Shown piece after piece: positions 24,354-37,060 of a stretch of DNA of 64,000 nucleotides (position 1 is its first letter; each line of letters begins with the position of its first letter). Under the pieces are notes generated by a model. That model searched no databases. It was given only the letters and a program-made list of their open reading frames with translations, and was not told where the DNA came from. The stretch comes from Octopus sinensis (taxonomy: Eukaryota), in the NCBI RefSeq assembly GCF_006345805.1, contig NC_043010.1, positions 248,001-312,000 of the forward strand, given 5' to 3'. The translations under genes and the position numbers were made by a program.

Positions 24354-24592
24354 GGCGACGAGCTGGCAGAAGCGTTAGCACGCTGGGCGAAATGCTTAGC
24401 GGCATTTCATCTGTCTTCATGTTCTGAGTTCACATTACACCGAGGTTGACTTTACCTTTCATCCTTTCGGGGTCGATAAATTAAGTACATGTGAAACACT
24501 GGGGTCGATGAAATTGAATATCCCACTCTCCTAAATTGCAGGCCTTTGCCTATAGTAGAAAGGATTATTATTATCATTATTATTATTATTAT

Positions 24593-24648
<56 letters not shown>

Positions 24649-24736
24649 TCGCAAAATTGTGGAGGGTTTAGCACCTTGTTGTCCGGCAAAAACTGAACTC
24701 TCATACGTCGTCGTCGATGCGAGTGTCCACCACCAC

Positions 24737-24787
<51 letters not shown>

Positions 24788-25270
24788 GAAGGCGGTGAGC
24801 TGGCAGAATCGTTAGCACGTCGGGCGAAATGCGTAGCCGTATTTCGTCTGCCGTTACGTTCTGAGTTCAAATTCCGCCGAGGTCGACTTTGCCTTTCATC
24901 CTTTTGGGGTCGATAAATTAAGTACCAGTTACACACTGGGGTCGATGTAATCGACTTAATCCGTTTGTCTGTCCTTTTTGTTCCCTCTGTGTTTAGCCCC
25001 TTGTGGGTAGTAAAGAAATGGGTATTTTGTCTGCCGCTACTTTCTGAGTTCAAATTCCACCGAGGTCGACTTTGGCTTTCATCCTTTCGGGGTCAATAAA
25101 TTAAGTACTTGTGAGATACTGAGGTCGATGTAATCAACTAGTCCCCTCCCCACAAATTTCAGGCTTAGTGTCTTTGGTAGAAAGGATTCTTATCATTACT
25201 ATTCAGTAGTCTTATTTTTATTACGTGCTTTCACTGCACTACCGAGCGCAACTCTGTGTGCCTTATTAGT

Positions 25271-25305
<35 letters not shown>

Positions 25306-25461
25306 TCGCTCGTCTTTATGTTCTGAGTTCAAATTCCGCCGATTCGACTTTGCCTCTCTTCCTTTCGGGGTCGATGAAATAAGTACCGTTATGCACTGGG
25401 GTCGATAAAATTGACTATCCCACTCCCGCCAAATTGCAGCTTTATGCCTATAGTAGAAAAG

Positions 25462-25465
<4 letters not shown>
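24354..25465 (+). mobile_element. Cluster of family-1 tRNA-derived SINEs (24354, 24791, ~25030, ~25320) separated by (TAA)n/(TAG)n/(CAT)n
   Basis: Head GGCG..GAGCTGGCAGAA..GTTAGCAC, B-box-like GAGTTCAAATTC, core GGGGTCGATAAATTAAGTAC repeated in each copy. Confidence 0.88.
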
Positions 25466-25489
<24 letters not shown>

Positions 25490-25494
<5 letters not shown>

Positions 25495-25885
25495 TAGTTT
25501 TATTTTTATCCCGTGCTTTCACTTCACTACCGAGCGCAGCTCTGTGTACCTTGGGTATGTGCTGTGGTTTGCTGTGATGCTCTTATGGTTACTGTATTGA
25601 AAGTGTTTTACGTAGGATGTGTGCATTACCTAGTACTGCTATTTCCTGTATGTTATATATATTTGTAAGTCCTGGTGGTGTTTTTGTTATGTATTTGTCT
25701 GAATATTTTTTTATCATACCTAATGCGCCCACTATGATAGGAATTGTTTCTGTTTTTAGACTCCACATTCGAGTTACCTCTATTTCCAGGTCTTTGTATT
25801 TTGAAAGTTTCTCCATTTCTTTTAGAGAAACGTTATCTTGCATGCGTAGCGGGTTCGCTACCTGCAGCCTACCGTACCATGGCAA
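25490..25885 (-). mobile_element. 5'-truncated RLE-type (R4/Dong-like) LINE 3' end, family A
   Basis: KEMEKLSKYKDLEIEVTRMWSLK..IPIIVGALG..AVLGNAHILRK; 3' UTR ends in (TAA)n; second tail copy at ~25205-25265. Confidence 0.82.
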
Positions 25886-25889
25886 TGTT

Positions 25890-26370
25890 CTTTTCAACTA
25901 TCTAATACTTTCCTGATTATTCTGGCCGTGCCAAGAAGGTAAATCTTTTTTAACAGGGCATTCTATTCCGACTTCCATTATATTCCTCTTGGTGCCTTCT
26001 GTTACTGTCCTCAAAAAACCCAACAATAATTGGCGCTATCTTTACCTTCGTTTTCCGGCTGTTTCGTACTTAAGAGGATTGTATATATCTTTTTTTTTTG
26101 CCTTCCATCTTGACTGTTCAACGGTCAAAGTGGCACGAATCATCAATTATGTAGCACATGTGACGCACCTTGTCCACCACCACTAGATCCAGTTTGTTAT
26201 GGTCTAGCACCTGACCAGTTTCGATTGGGAAATCCCCCAGGATTTTTCAGGTCTCCGACTCTATTACTCTCTGCAGTTTGTGCTCATACCACGTCTTGCC
26301 TCTCTCTAGACTCCACTTTTCGCGTAGTTTCTAAACTAGCACTTTCGCTACCTCATCGTATCAATTAGCA
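25890..26370 (-). mobile_element. 5'-truncated RLE-type LINE 3' end, family B
   Basis: WYEHKLQRVIES, NKLDLVVVDK, CYIID, LLGTARIIRKVLDS*; bordered by (ATT)n at 26370-26460. Confidence 0.75.
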
Positions 26371-26394
26371 TTATTATTATTATTATTATTATTA

Positions 26395-26461
<67 letters not shown>

Positions 26462-26899
26462 GGCAATGAGCTGGCAGAATTGTTAGCACACTGAACAAAG
26501 TGCTTAGCAGCATTTCGTCCGCCTTTACGTTCTGAGTTCAAATTCCACCAAGGTTGACTTTGTGTATCATCCTATCGATGATATATATATATATATATAT
26601 GCCTTGTATTTAATCAAGCCACTGGTAAATTTTGATATCCAGCTTCCTCGCATATTGCATTATACTTCTTTCGTCTATTTAGATTGTTTTTATGACTTGA
26701 GTAGCGTTAATAAATCATGTTTAAATGTTTGCTAGGTGTTGTTAAATCATTACATGCAGCTTCATCAAATCAACCAGCAACCATCACAACAACAGCTCAT
26801 CCCAGCAACATTGGTAAAGAGGCTCCTACAGAAATAGATATATATGGTGGTTGATAACCACCGTAATAGGTGATGAAGATGAAAGGTGTATCATACGTT

Positions 26900-27950
26900 T
26901 CACCTGGAGAGTGGATGGTCGGGTACTGGTAGAGAACTGACCATACAAACGCAACTTGAAAACAGAAAAGCCCAAACACAACTGCACACACAATTACACA
27001 CTCACCTTCCCCAACTACCACAGAACATAGCCGACCCAAAAGTGAAAGCCAGTGAAATCAAAAGGGTACTAGACGTTTCACAAGGTCAGAATATATCTCT
27101 ACCATTATCACAACCGCAACTCAAACGAAAATCATAAACACAATCATAACAATTGCAAAAACAGCAATTACAAAAGAAAGAGAAGAGACCACCTTGACCA
27201 CAAGATCAACAATAATGATAACTACAACAACAACAACAACAAAACACACTAGATCAGCCCTCGTACATCAGCTTCACTGTTGTTGGGAAGAGCAACATTG
27301 AACTAATAGAAGAGATGGTAAATGACAAACGATATAAATATCCCTTAATTGGGGGAAGATTTCGGAAGATTCTCCCCAAACCCCCAACAGACAGTCTACA
27401 GCAAAAACTGACTCACAAACTTACAGACACCTAGAAGAGGACTACCCTTTCGACGTTAAGCTTTTTAGAAAAATACCCAACAAATACGTCTTAGAATATC
27501 AATTTGACGTTTTCCTCCAAACCAACGAAGAAGGTGGATCATGTGATCTTCTCCAAGGGCAAGATGAATAAACTCTCTATTTACTTTCTCTGACAAACAT
27601 AGCTGTGCTGAGTGCGGGATGTATAAATGTACGTGGCCTGGGGTCAGCCTGGAAGCACGTTAACCTGCTCAATGATCTTAGGTAGCTAGACATAGATAAT
27701 ATAGCAATCAGCAAGACCAGGATCTTTAGAGTGCAAGCATTCATCAATTTTCAACGACTATGAGATATTCTCATCTCCATCTCTATCAGGATCGGTGATG
27801 AGGTGGCAGCGTTATTCCGGAAATCTTTAGAGCTCGAGGTACAGGCTATATTCCTGGAACCAGACGGTAAACTGGTAGTCCTAGATGTGAACGGTAATAA
27901 AAGCAGTGTCTTCGGACAAGAGACTATCTATGCCCTCGTCAGTGAGAGGA
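26900..27950 (+). pseudogene. Tx1-type LINE fragment: low-complexity ORF1 end plus start of ORF2 APE endonuclease
   Basis: GCINVRGL..LLNDLR (from ~27615), VAALFRK, EPDGKLVVLDV, IYA. Confidence 0.8.
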
Positions 27951-27954
27951 CAAA

Positions 27955-28442
27955 CTGATTGGAGCGGATAGACGGGTGGAAAATCCATGAGCTAACTGCG
28001 CAACTGGACTGTGGTTACAATGAATTACAAAAGATGGTAGAAGAATTTCGGTATCGGAATGTGTGTACGTATAGTAAGATGATACCCGATTTAATGGAAT
28101 GAAATGGGGAAGTCTGCTATGATTTGCTAGAAGTGTTTGAAGTTAATGAAGAAAAGATTTTTATTCCCCGATCTGGAGAGAAGGCATGAAATGTAGGCAT
28201 ATCTTTATGATCCAGAAATGAAGGATCAGTCGATGGAATGGCGTCATACTTCCAATCTAAGACCTTAGAAGTTCAAGAGCCTGATCGGCACACAAAGTCA
28301 TAGTGACTGTTTTGGTAGAATGATAAGAACGTTATTATCCTTGATTTTCTGAAACGTGGCTGTATCTTGAATAACGAACGGTATTTTGAGACACTACTTA
28401 GAGAAGTCATTAGAAGGAAGAGAGCAAACAAGAATCTGAAAA

Positions 28443-28478
<36 letters not shown>

Positions 28479-28732
28479 CAGGAAAATACTTTACCACAAA
28501 CACCATTGGGAACAATTCAGGCAAGCGGCAACCTGTACCATTTGATGACACAGGCGTGGGAAAAGTTACTGTGTAGAGTGGGAACAACAGTGCACATCTG
28601 ACATTTTTCAGATAAGTTTCAAGAGATGAGTTCAACGATGGCGAAAATACTTCGTCTGTGATGGAGTCTATGTTGAGTGATACCTTTGTGTATATAATAC
28701 CCTGTTTTGCATTACTTTCAGTACAACCCTCA
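27955..28732 (+). mobile_element. Degraded mariner transposon (transposase fragments plus right TIR)
   Basis: YDPEMKDQSMEWRH, HKVIVTV, LDFLKRG; right end TTACTTTCAGTACAACCCTCA followed by TA. Confidence 0.75.
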
Positions 28733-29466
28733 TACACATACACATGAACGTATGTTTGTCATTGTCTTTATATTATACATGCTTGTTTATATCGACGAAT
28801 GTGTTTGTATGTCGTAGCAACATCCATCCATATGTTTACATATTCCCTCTATCTCCCTGTTAATCTCTATCCGTTACTCCTTATAATTTCTTTTTCGGAT
28901 GGAACGACTGAAGGAGTAACTGACAATTAGTCGAAGTCACTTCTTCCAGAAGCAGGAAAATAATGCAACACATACTGATACAATGCACCCCCTCTGACAT
29001 TCATTAATAAATAAAAAAACTAGACAAACAAAATATTACATGTCAAGAGGGAATGGAGAATGTAAACGATGAAGAGAAGGAGAAACAGAGAGGAAAGAAG
29101 GTGAGAGAGAGAGAGAGAGGAGAGGGTGACGTTAGAGGGGAGGAGAGACAGTAACAGAAGCAAGAGAAAGAGAAAGAGAGTGTGTTAATGCATTTAAAGT
29201 GAGAGAGAGGAGGAGAGAAATTGCTTTGTGTACGTATCGGGTGTAATACACACACAAACACATACAGAATATATTTTATATTACATTCCGTTATTGTTTA
29301 CGTCGACAATAATGAGGGAGATAAAATAGGGGCTGACAGCTTAAGTTACTTTAGTGTGCGCGTGTTTATTAAATGTGAGTAAAATGTGAGTGCTATTATG
29401 TGTCTAGGAAGCATTTGAACAGGAAGGAGGCCAAGTGATAGATAAATAACGTGTTTGTGTTTATAT

Positions 29467-29497
<31 letters not shown>

Positions 29498-29704
29498 AAT
29501 GACAGGTAATTAGTAAATATGTGCACATCTTTAATGCGTTTGCATGTGGCAGAGAATGACAGAGAAAAAGACAGATTGATATGAGAAAAGAGAATTAAGA
29601 GAAATATGAAATGAAGCGAGAAGAACAAGTAGTCAGACATAAAGTGAATAAGAGTAATGTCTCTCTCTCTCTCTCTTTCTCTTTCTTTGTCTCTCTGTCT
29701 GTAC

Positions 29705-30095
29705 ACACACATACATACACACATACATACATACATACACACACACATACATACACACATACATACATACATACATACATACATACACACATACATACAT
29801 ACATACATACATACATACATAAATACATACATACACACACATACATACATACATACATACACACATACATACATACATACATACATACATACACACATAC
29901 ATACATACACACATACATACATACATACATACATACATACATACATACATACATACATACATACATACATAAACACATACATACACACATACATACATAC
30001 ATACATACACACATACATACACACATACATACATACATACATACACACATACATACATACATACATACATACATACATACATACATACATACATA
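29705..30095. repeat. (TACA)n/(CA)n microsatellite
   Basis: Directly visible; source of the spurious MYVC/HTYI ORFs. Confidence 0.98.
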
Positions 30096-30178
30096 CGGTT
30101 AAACGACAACAAATATGTGTGCTGTATAGTACATGTAAATGTGAGCGAAAATCTTGTCTTACCTCTCTTTTTTTGTAG

Positions 30179-30271
30179 CTGCTAGATTAGAGGGCAGTCT
30201 TTTACTTTTTCTACATTAGATGCCATCAAGGAAAAGGGAGTTGACGGTGGCAGCGACCACGCCTGGTCCAG
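30179..30271 (+). other. Candidate host-gene exon (93 nt), possibly 5' UTR plus start codon (MPSRKRELTVAATTPGP)
   Basis: Long polypyrimidine acceptor ...CTCTCTTTTTTTGTAG and donor CAG|GTGAGA in non-repetitive sequence; no homology evidence. Confidence 0.4.
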
Positions 30272-31135
30272 GTGAGAGAAGCTACCTTCCTTGAAACGAC
30301 GGTCAGTTATATAATAACTGTTAAGCCCGAGAGGCAAAAACAAATGCAAACGGTGTCATGCTGTTGCAAATCTACTGTCCGTTTCTTCAGATATCGGCCA
30401 GTAGTTTGCTCCTTCTATATTTTGAGATTCCGCTTTCTTGACAATCCGCCATGGAATCGTTTAATAACCAGCGCTCTGCACTTATCAACAGACACAAAAA
30501 AAAAAGCATGGGGGGACCAACGAATACTGAGAAAATTAGAGTCAGTAAATCGAAATTAATACTATTCACACGTGTGCATTGTCTTGAAAGAGAAAACAGT
30601 ATTATTAAAAATGAATCAATTTCGTTTGAAATATTAGTTTTAAGCATTTAATGAAAATTTAACTTTGCGAAACGAAGTCAAATTTCAGCAATCGCTTCCA
30701 CATTTTGAAAGCACCTGAAAATAATTTAATTTAGCGTCTTATCCAAACAAGAAAAGTATCGTTCACTGAATGTGTTTACGTTTACGTGTGTGTTTGTATA
30801 TGCGCTTTTGTTTATTTTACTGTATGTGTCTAACTGCTGTGATTAGAAAGATGAAGAGGAACAGAACGTAAAAAAATGTAACCTTTCTCCATACAATTTA
30901 ATCATAAAATATTTATGTATCACTCCACTTATATATCTCCCTCTTTCTATCTATTTTGTTAGCTAGCTATCTGCCTGACAATCGTCCGTCTGTCTATCAG
31001 ATTGTCAATGTATTGGTGTAAACTTGCTTACGTAGGCACACAAACTTACTGTTGAAGGAGATAGAAAAATATAGAAAATTAAAAAGGAATGAAGCTGTTA
31101 TGTGTCAGAGAGACAGAGACAGAGTGTGAGAGTGG

Positions 31136-31179
<44 letters not shown>

Positions 31180-31756
31180 TATATGTTTCGCTATGTATCG
31201 ATATCTGTGTAAAGAACACCGATACACACATTACAACCCGTGTTAACCTATAGACATGACATTTCAAGCTTTAACGTTGCTTAAGTTGCTACATCTAAAG
31301 CTAATAAGTTTGAGATGTTTTTTCTTTCATGTTTCCAACACACTGCCCTGGCTCTCTTTTGTTTGTTTCCAGTTGTCATACGGTGGATTTAGACTGAGAT
31401 GTGTATCTAGTTTGATACCTTACTATTCAGAGTTCAATTCAGATTCGAATCAATATTTGCAAGTATAATACATAGAGGCCCGTGCTTGACATTTCTTAAT
31501 CAAACAGTTGTATAGAATTTTGATATGCTGCATCGATTTGTTTCTCCACAGTAAAGTTCGAACTGGACGAGAAAAAAAAATCAGTTATACAGTGCTCCCG
31601 CTGCATACAGCTGTAAACTGTTTCTACAGAATGAGACGAGTTGGCGCTGCTGTCTGGACGTCGACGATTCGGCACGGCTGACTTGATATTCAACCTCCTT
31701 TGGAGGTGGTATGTTTTGGCACTGAAGATTGCACAGGCGCGCGCACAGAAATATGC

Positions 31757-31843
<87 letters not shown>

Positions 31844-31974
31844 GAGAGAGAGAGAAAGAGAGAGAGAGAAACAGACAGACAGACAGACAGATAGATAGAC
31901 AAAGACAGACAAACAGACAGACAGAGACAGAGAGAGACTTTACATTAACATACAAACATAACTAGACGTTCACA

Positions 31975-32030
<56 letters not shown>

Positions 32031-32649
32031 GAGAAAGAAAGAAAGACATTAAAACAAAAGAAACGTTAAAGCGTCTGCTGTGAAGTCATCGTCGAGCCAA
32101 CGACAGCAAATAAGCGGAGCCAAAACGGATGTGCCAAAATGTCTCATACCTTTACGACTAACTAGACATAAGAACTCAACGAAGTCTTTGCATGGCAGTC
32201 AGACAATTTGTTGTCACTACCAACTACAACTATAACAAGGTGATTGGCAGGAATCCTCTGCTTATACGTGAAATAATGAGTTCCTGGAAAAATTACTGTA
32301 ACATGAAATCACGACGTGAAATTGACTTTGCTATTGGTTTTCATGCTCTAAAAAATACATTCGAATGGAATTTCTTCGAAACGACTACAACCAAGCAACA
32401 TAACTACTTTTACGAATGAAAATAATTATAGACTCTTCCTGTGTTACGGTTTCCCCCGGTTGTTTCGCGCTTACGGAAATTTTAAAGTATGATAACTAAT
32501 TTCGAAATACTATCTGCAATTCTGTCCTTACGGAAATTCGGATGAATTTTAATAATTTAAATACTACACTTTCTTCTTAGTCAAAAGGCTACCCCTCGAC
32601 GTTTTAGCTAAGATCAAAATACAGTTTACAATCTCAAAATCTATGATTA

Positions 32650-33146
32650 AACATACATACATACATACATACATACATACATACATACATACATACATAC
32701 ATACATACATGCATACATGCATACATACATACATACATACATACATACATACATACATACATACATACATGCATACATACATACATACATACATACATAC
32801 ATACATACATACATACATACATACAGACATACATACATGCATGCATACATACATACATACATACATACATACATACATACATACATACATACATACATAC
32901 ATACATACATACATAAAGGCGGCGAGCTGGCAGACACGTTAGCACACCGGGCGAAATGCGTAGACGTATTTCGTCTGCTGTTACGCTCTGAGTTCAAATT
33001 CCGCCGAGGTCGACTTTGCCTTTCATCCTTTCGGGGTCGATAAATTAAGTACCAGTTTCGCACTGGGGTCGATGTAATCGACTTAATTCCTTTGTCTGTC
33101 CTTGTTTGTCCCCTCTATGTGTAGCCCCTTGTGGGTAGTAAACAAA
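32650..33146 (+). mobile_element. (TACA)n microsatellite followed by a full-length family-1 SINE (32918-33146)
   Basis: Same head, core and tail as the 24791 copy. Confidence 0.9.
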
Positions 33147-33344
33147 TATATATATGTACGTACTATCTGGGAAAGCTACAAGTATCTTGAAAGGATGAGC
33201 TATGAAGAGGCCATCAATAAGGAGAGGACAGAAATGCTTCAAGAGAGTTTTAAAGCATATGATCGTCTGAACTCTCAGCTTATCGCCCACATCTTCACAT
33301 TCCTTATCCTCACATCCACATTCTAAACTGGTTACTGCAGGAGA

Positions 33345-33520
33345 TAGACGTACGGACTCGCGAGCTTCTCGGTGATTCCGGAAACTTCAACATCAGTGGA
33401 GATGTAGACAGGCTATACTTCCCACATCAGGGTGATGGCAGTGTTCTAAAATCTGTATCGATGTCACATGAGGCACCTATCGTGTCAGTGATGCAACATC
33501 TTCAATAGAAGAAAGACGTC
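33345..33520 (+). pseudogene. Short RLE-type LINE ORF fragment
   Basis: EIDVRTRELL..GNFNISGDVDRLYFP resembles the D..TRK.L...SDVDRLY motif. Confidence 0.5.
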
Positions 33521-33656
33521 AGCAACTATCGTGCTTATAGTTTGCAAGTAGGAAAACTAGAACATCATTAGGTTAGCAAAGTGTTGTGGTGGACGCCCCC
33601 AGGTGAGAAGTGGGCTGGACCACAACTAATAAATAGTGGACTGACACAGTCAGTAA

Positions 33657-35555
33657 TGTCACTGCGCGAGGTATTTTGATGTTTTTTAAATCATTTTTGA
33701 TCCCTGTGAGTTAAATAGTGAGTTAAAAAAATTATACACTTGCTGAAGATCTCCCGTGAGGGTGAACCTGCTGGTTGAATATCATTGTTAAACTGTTGAA
33801 TTGTTGTTGGTGTTTTTGTCTGTGAAATTACAATTGTTTTCTTCCCCAGTCATAGGTGAAGAAGACAAGAAACAGAGGATGGAGTGCGAACCAATTCCAG
33901 CCGACAGCTATGCTTCAGCCACTGGAAGAAGTTTGACAGCTGACGTGTAGCAGGTACGAGAGATAAAGATGGAGCAGAGGAAGCTGAAGTTCAACAGACT
34001 CATACAGAAATATAGAACCAGTTTGAGGTTGACACCGCCAGAAAATTTAACAACGAGCGAGATGAAGCGGACAGTGGTGCATAGAACGCTGTCCAAGACA
34101 TCGAAGAAAATAGAAATAGCACAGTAGAAGCTATACAGGAATGCTTAAAGGAGGTAAAAAGCTTCACAGCATTTTACACGAGAGGGAGGAAATACGGCAC
34201 AGTGGAGGTAAGGTTCGCTACAAAAAGCGATAAACCACTCCACTGTGGCACAAAGGATACCTGAGTGGACAGGGTAAGGATTGGCAGAGTACCCCCGCAA
34301 ATTGAGGAGGCGTGGCTGGTGGTAGCCATCCTGTATAATATGGAGGAGGACGTGAAGGTGTTGAAGGTGACGAGGACGAGAGAGGTGAACTAATGGGGCT
34401 ACAGCCTCGAAGTAGCCATCCAGCTCGGTTTACAAGACTTGCATAAGATAGCGGAAGAGGTAATACTACCAAAGGATGTGAAATTGAAAGTAGAGGTGGA
34501 GGGAAGACCTCCAACCTGTTACCTATGTGGCGTAAGGGGATACATGAGAGCAAGGTGTCCCAGAACGATGATAAAGATGAAAAGGAGCAATAGCAGCAGG
34601 TGAAGAGCAGCAGCAAAATGCAGAAGCGACGAACCCAGTGTCCAGAGAAGGTGGAGGAAGAGTATATGGTGGTGAATAGGAAGAAGAAAGGAAAGAAGAC
34701 GTGGACTCACCGCCAATGAGACCACTAAAGAAAAGAAAGAAAGTAAACAAGAAGCACAACATGAGATACCAACAACATGAAAGGAAGCCAACGCGGAAAA
34801 ACAAGTGGGACTACAGAAACTAACGAATAAAAAAGAACCAAAACATAAATGACATATGGTAACATATGCGAAAAGTACAGAGATAGAGAAGAAAATCACA
34901 AAAATGAAAACAGTAATAAGAGTGAAACTAACGACGGAATACTATCCAGAGAGCACCAAAGAAATTATTATTGACTACGAGAGCTGTTCGGAAAGAAAAT
35001 AGACCCAACGGAAGTACGCGTCGAGTTCGACGACTTGCCGCCAGTAATAGAGTACGATGACCTGTTGCTGTACATAAAATTGTAAAAAAAAGTAAATATT
35101 TAAAAATTTTAGATGAGTGTAAAAACATGCAAAAAGGGGGAAAAGAGGAAAAAAACTGATTCATAAACATTAAACGGAAAACATTTAAATGATACTGCCA
35201 GAGAGTGGGGAGCAGGCAACCCATTTCATCCTCAGTGTTATAATCCATCCTTCCTTTGTTCGTTCTGTGTTTCATGCCCCCACTGTGGTGTTTTGTTTGT
35301 CCTTGTGCTGTCCCCTCAGTGTTACGGCCTGCATGCCGAATAAAGGAAAAAAATAAAGGAAAAAAGAAGGAAAATGATATAAAAACTTTGTATTAAAACA
35401 GTTAAGAGTGAGGTTCAAGCAACCATTACATCCTCATTTAATTATTATACATCACTCATTCATTCGTTTTATGTTTTTTGTCCCCACTGTGGTGTTTTGT
35501 CTGTCCTTGTGCCGTCCCCCGGTGTGTCGTAGCCTGTGTGCCAAATAAAGAAAAA
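33657..35555 (+). mobile_element. ORF1-only L1/Tx1-type element, copy 2, plus an extra tandem 3'-tail copy
   Basis: ATG at 33879 (MECEPIPADSYAS), GRKYGTVEV, TCYLCGVRGYMRARCP, VRVEFDDLPPVIEYDD; tails with AATAAA at 35339 and 35544; no ORF2. Confidence 0.78.
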
Positions 35556-37060
35556 CAGTCCGCGAGGTATTTTTGTTAGTGTTCAATCAATTTTGATTCC
35601 GGTTGACGTAAGTCGTGATGTACTTTGTTGTATCTTTGTTGAAGGCTCTCCATGTTTTGTTGACTTTGTTTAATACCGTAGCTGTTTTTGCCTGCGGGCC
35701 TGTTAAATTTCGTGTTTGTCTTCTTCCCCATTTTGGAGTGAAGTAACTGAAAAAAATGGAAAAATGGAATGTGAACCAGTTCCAGCACATGCCGGGAGTT
35801 ATGCTTCAGCAGCTGGGAAAAGTGCAGATTCGCTAGAAGTGCGAGAAATTAGAATTGAACAAAGGAAGCTAAAGGAATACTACAGGCCGATTCAGAAAGA
35901 GAGGGCCAGTTTAAAGCTGACCCCTCCAGAAGAAGTGACAACCAGTACCAAGAAAACAACAGTGGTGTACAGAACACTATCGACAGCGACCAACAAAATA
36001 GAGATAGCTACAGAAGAAGCAATTGAAGAATGTCTGAAGGAAATTAAGAACCTGACAACATTCTATACAACAGGCAGAAAATACGGCACAGTGGAGGTGA
36101 GATCTGCCAACGAACAGGAGGCAATAAATCACTCCATTGTGACGCTGAAGACAGAAAAATGGGTACTCTTGCCTACCTACTGCGGCAAAAGGGGCGCCAG
36201 ATGAGAATAGGTAGAGTGCCAACAGAAATCAAAGAAACGTGGCTGGTGGAATCCGTAATGCATAAAACCGAAGAGGAGTCCAAAAGTCTAAATGTGAGAC
36301 GAAGAAAGATGGTAAATTGTGGGGATACGGACTAGAAATGGTCATCTAGGTGGGACATCAAGATCTAATGAAATTACTGAAGAAGTAATACTACCGGAGG
36401 ACATAAGTTTGAGAGTGGTGGTAGAAGGAAGGCCACCAACTTGCTATCAATGCAAAAAGGACACATTAGAATAAAGTGTCCTCAGAAAATAAAAAAAAAG
36501 AACGAGGAAAGCCAACAGGATCAGAATACCGAAGTGGCGGACCTAGAAAATGAAAAATGCTCGAAAGAAGCGGAAGAACCATTTACCAAAAGATAAAGGA
36601 AATGACTTGTGAACTCACCTCTGAAGAGTCCAATAAAGAAAAAGAAGAGTGAAGTAGATTGAACATATTTTTCACTTCATGAACCTCCACCAGCATCAAC
36701 AACAAAGGAAAAAGAAAAGGAAACCATCACAGGCAACCAAATTCCACAGCAGGAACGAACGGTCAAGAGACCCGGAAAAAAACAAAAAATAAATGGCATA
36801 TGATAACATATACAGAAAACACAGACATAGAAAGGAAAAAATCAAATTTAAATCGGTGATAAGAGTTAAATTACCAACGGAACATTTCCCAGAAAGTAGA
36901 AAAGCCATTGTAATAGACAAAAGAGAGATATGAGAAATTGAAGAAATGGTTTGGAAATAAAACAGAATCAATGGGGGTGAGGGTAGAGTTTGACGATCTA
37001 CCGCCAGTTATAGATTACGACGACTTTTTGCCATATATAAAATGGTAAAGCTTTTAAAAC
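35556..37060 (+). mobile_element. ORF1-only L1/Tx1-type element, copy 3, head-to-tail with copy 2
   Basis: 5' end CAGTCCGCGAGGTATTTT resembles 33661 CACTGCGCGAGGTATTTT; ATG at 35764 (MECEPVPAHAGSYAS), GRKYGTVEV, CCHC remnant, VRVEFDDLPPVIDYDD. Confidence 0.78.

Noticed and set aside
29467-30178. MYVC/HTYI-repeat ORFs (also at 32.6 kb, 53.7 kb and 54.5 kb)
   Set aside because: Translations of (TACA)n and (TA)n microsatellites.
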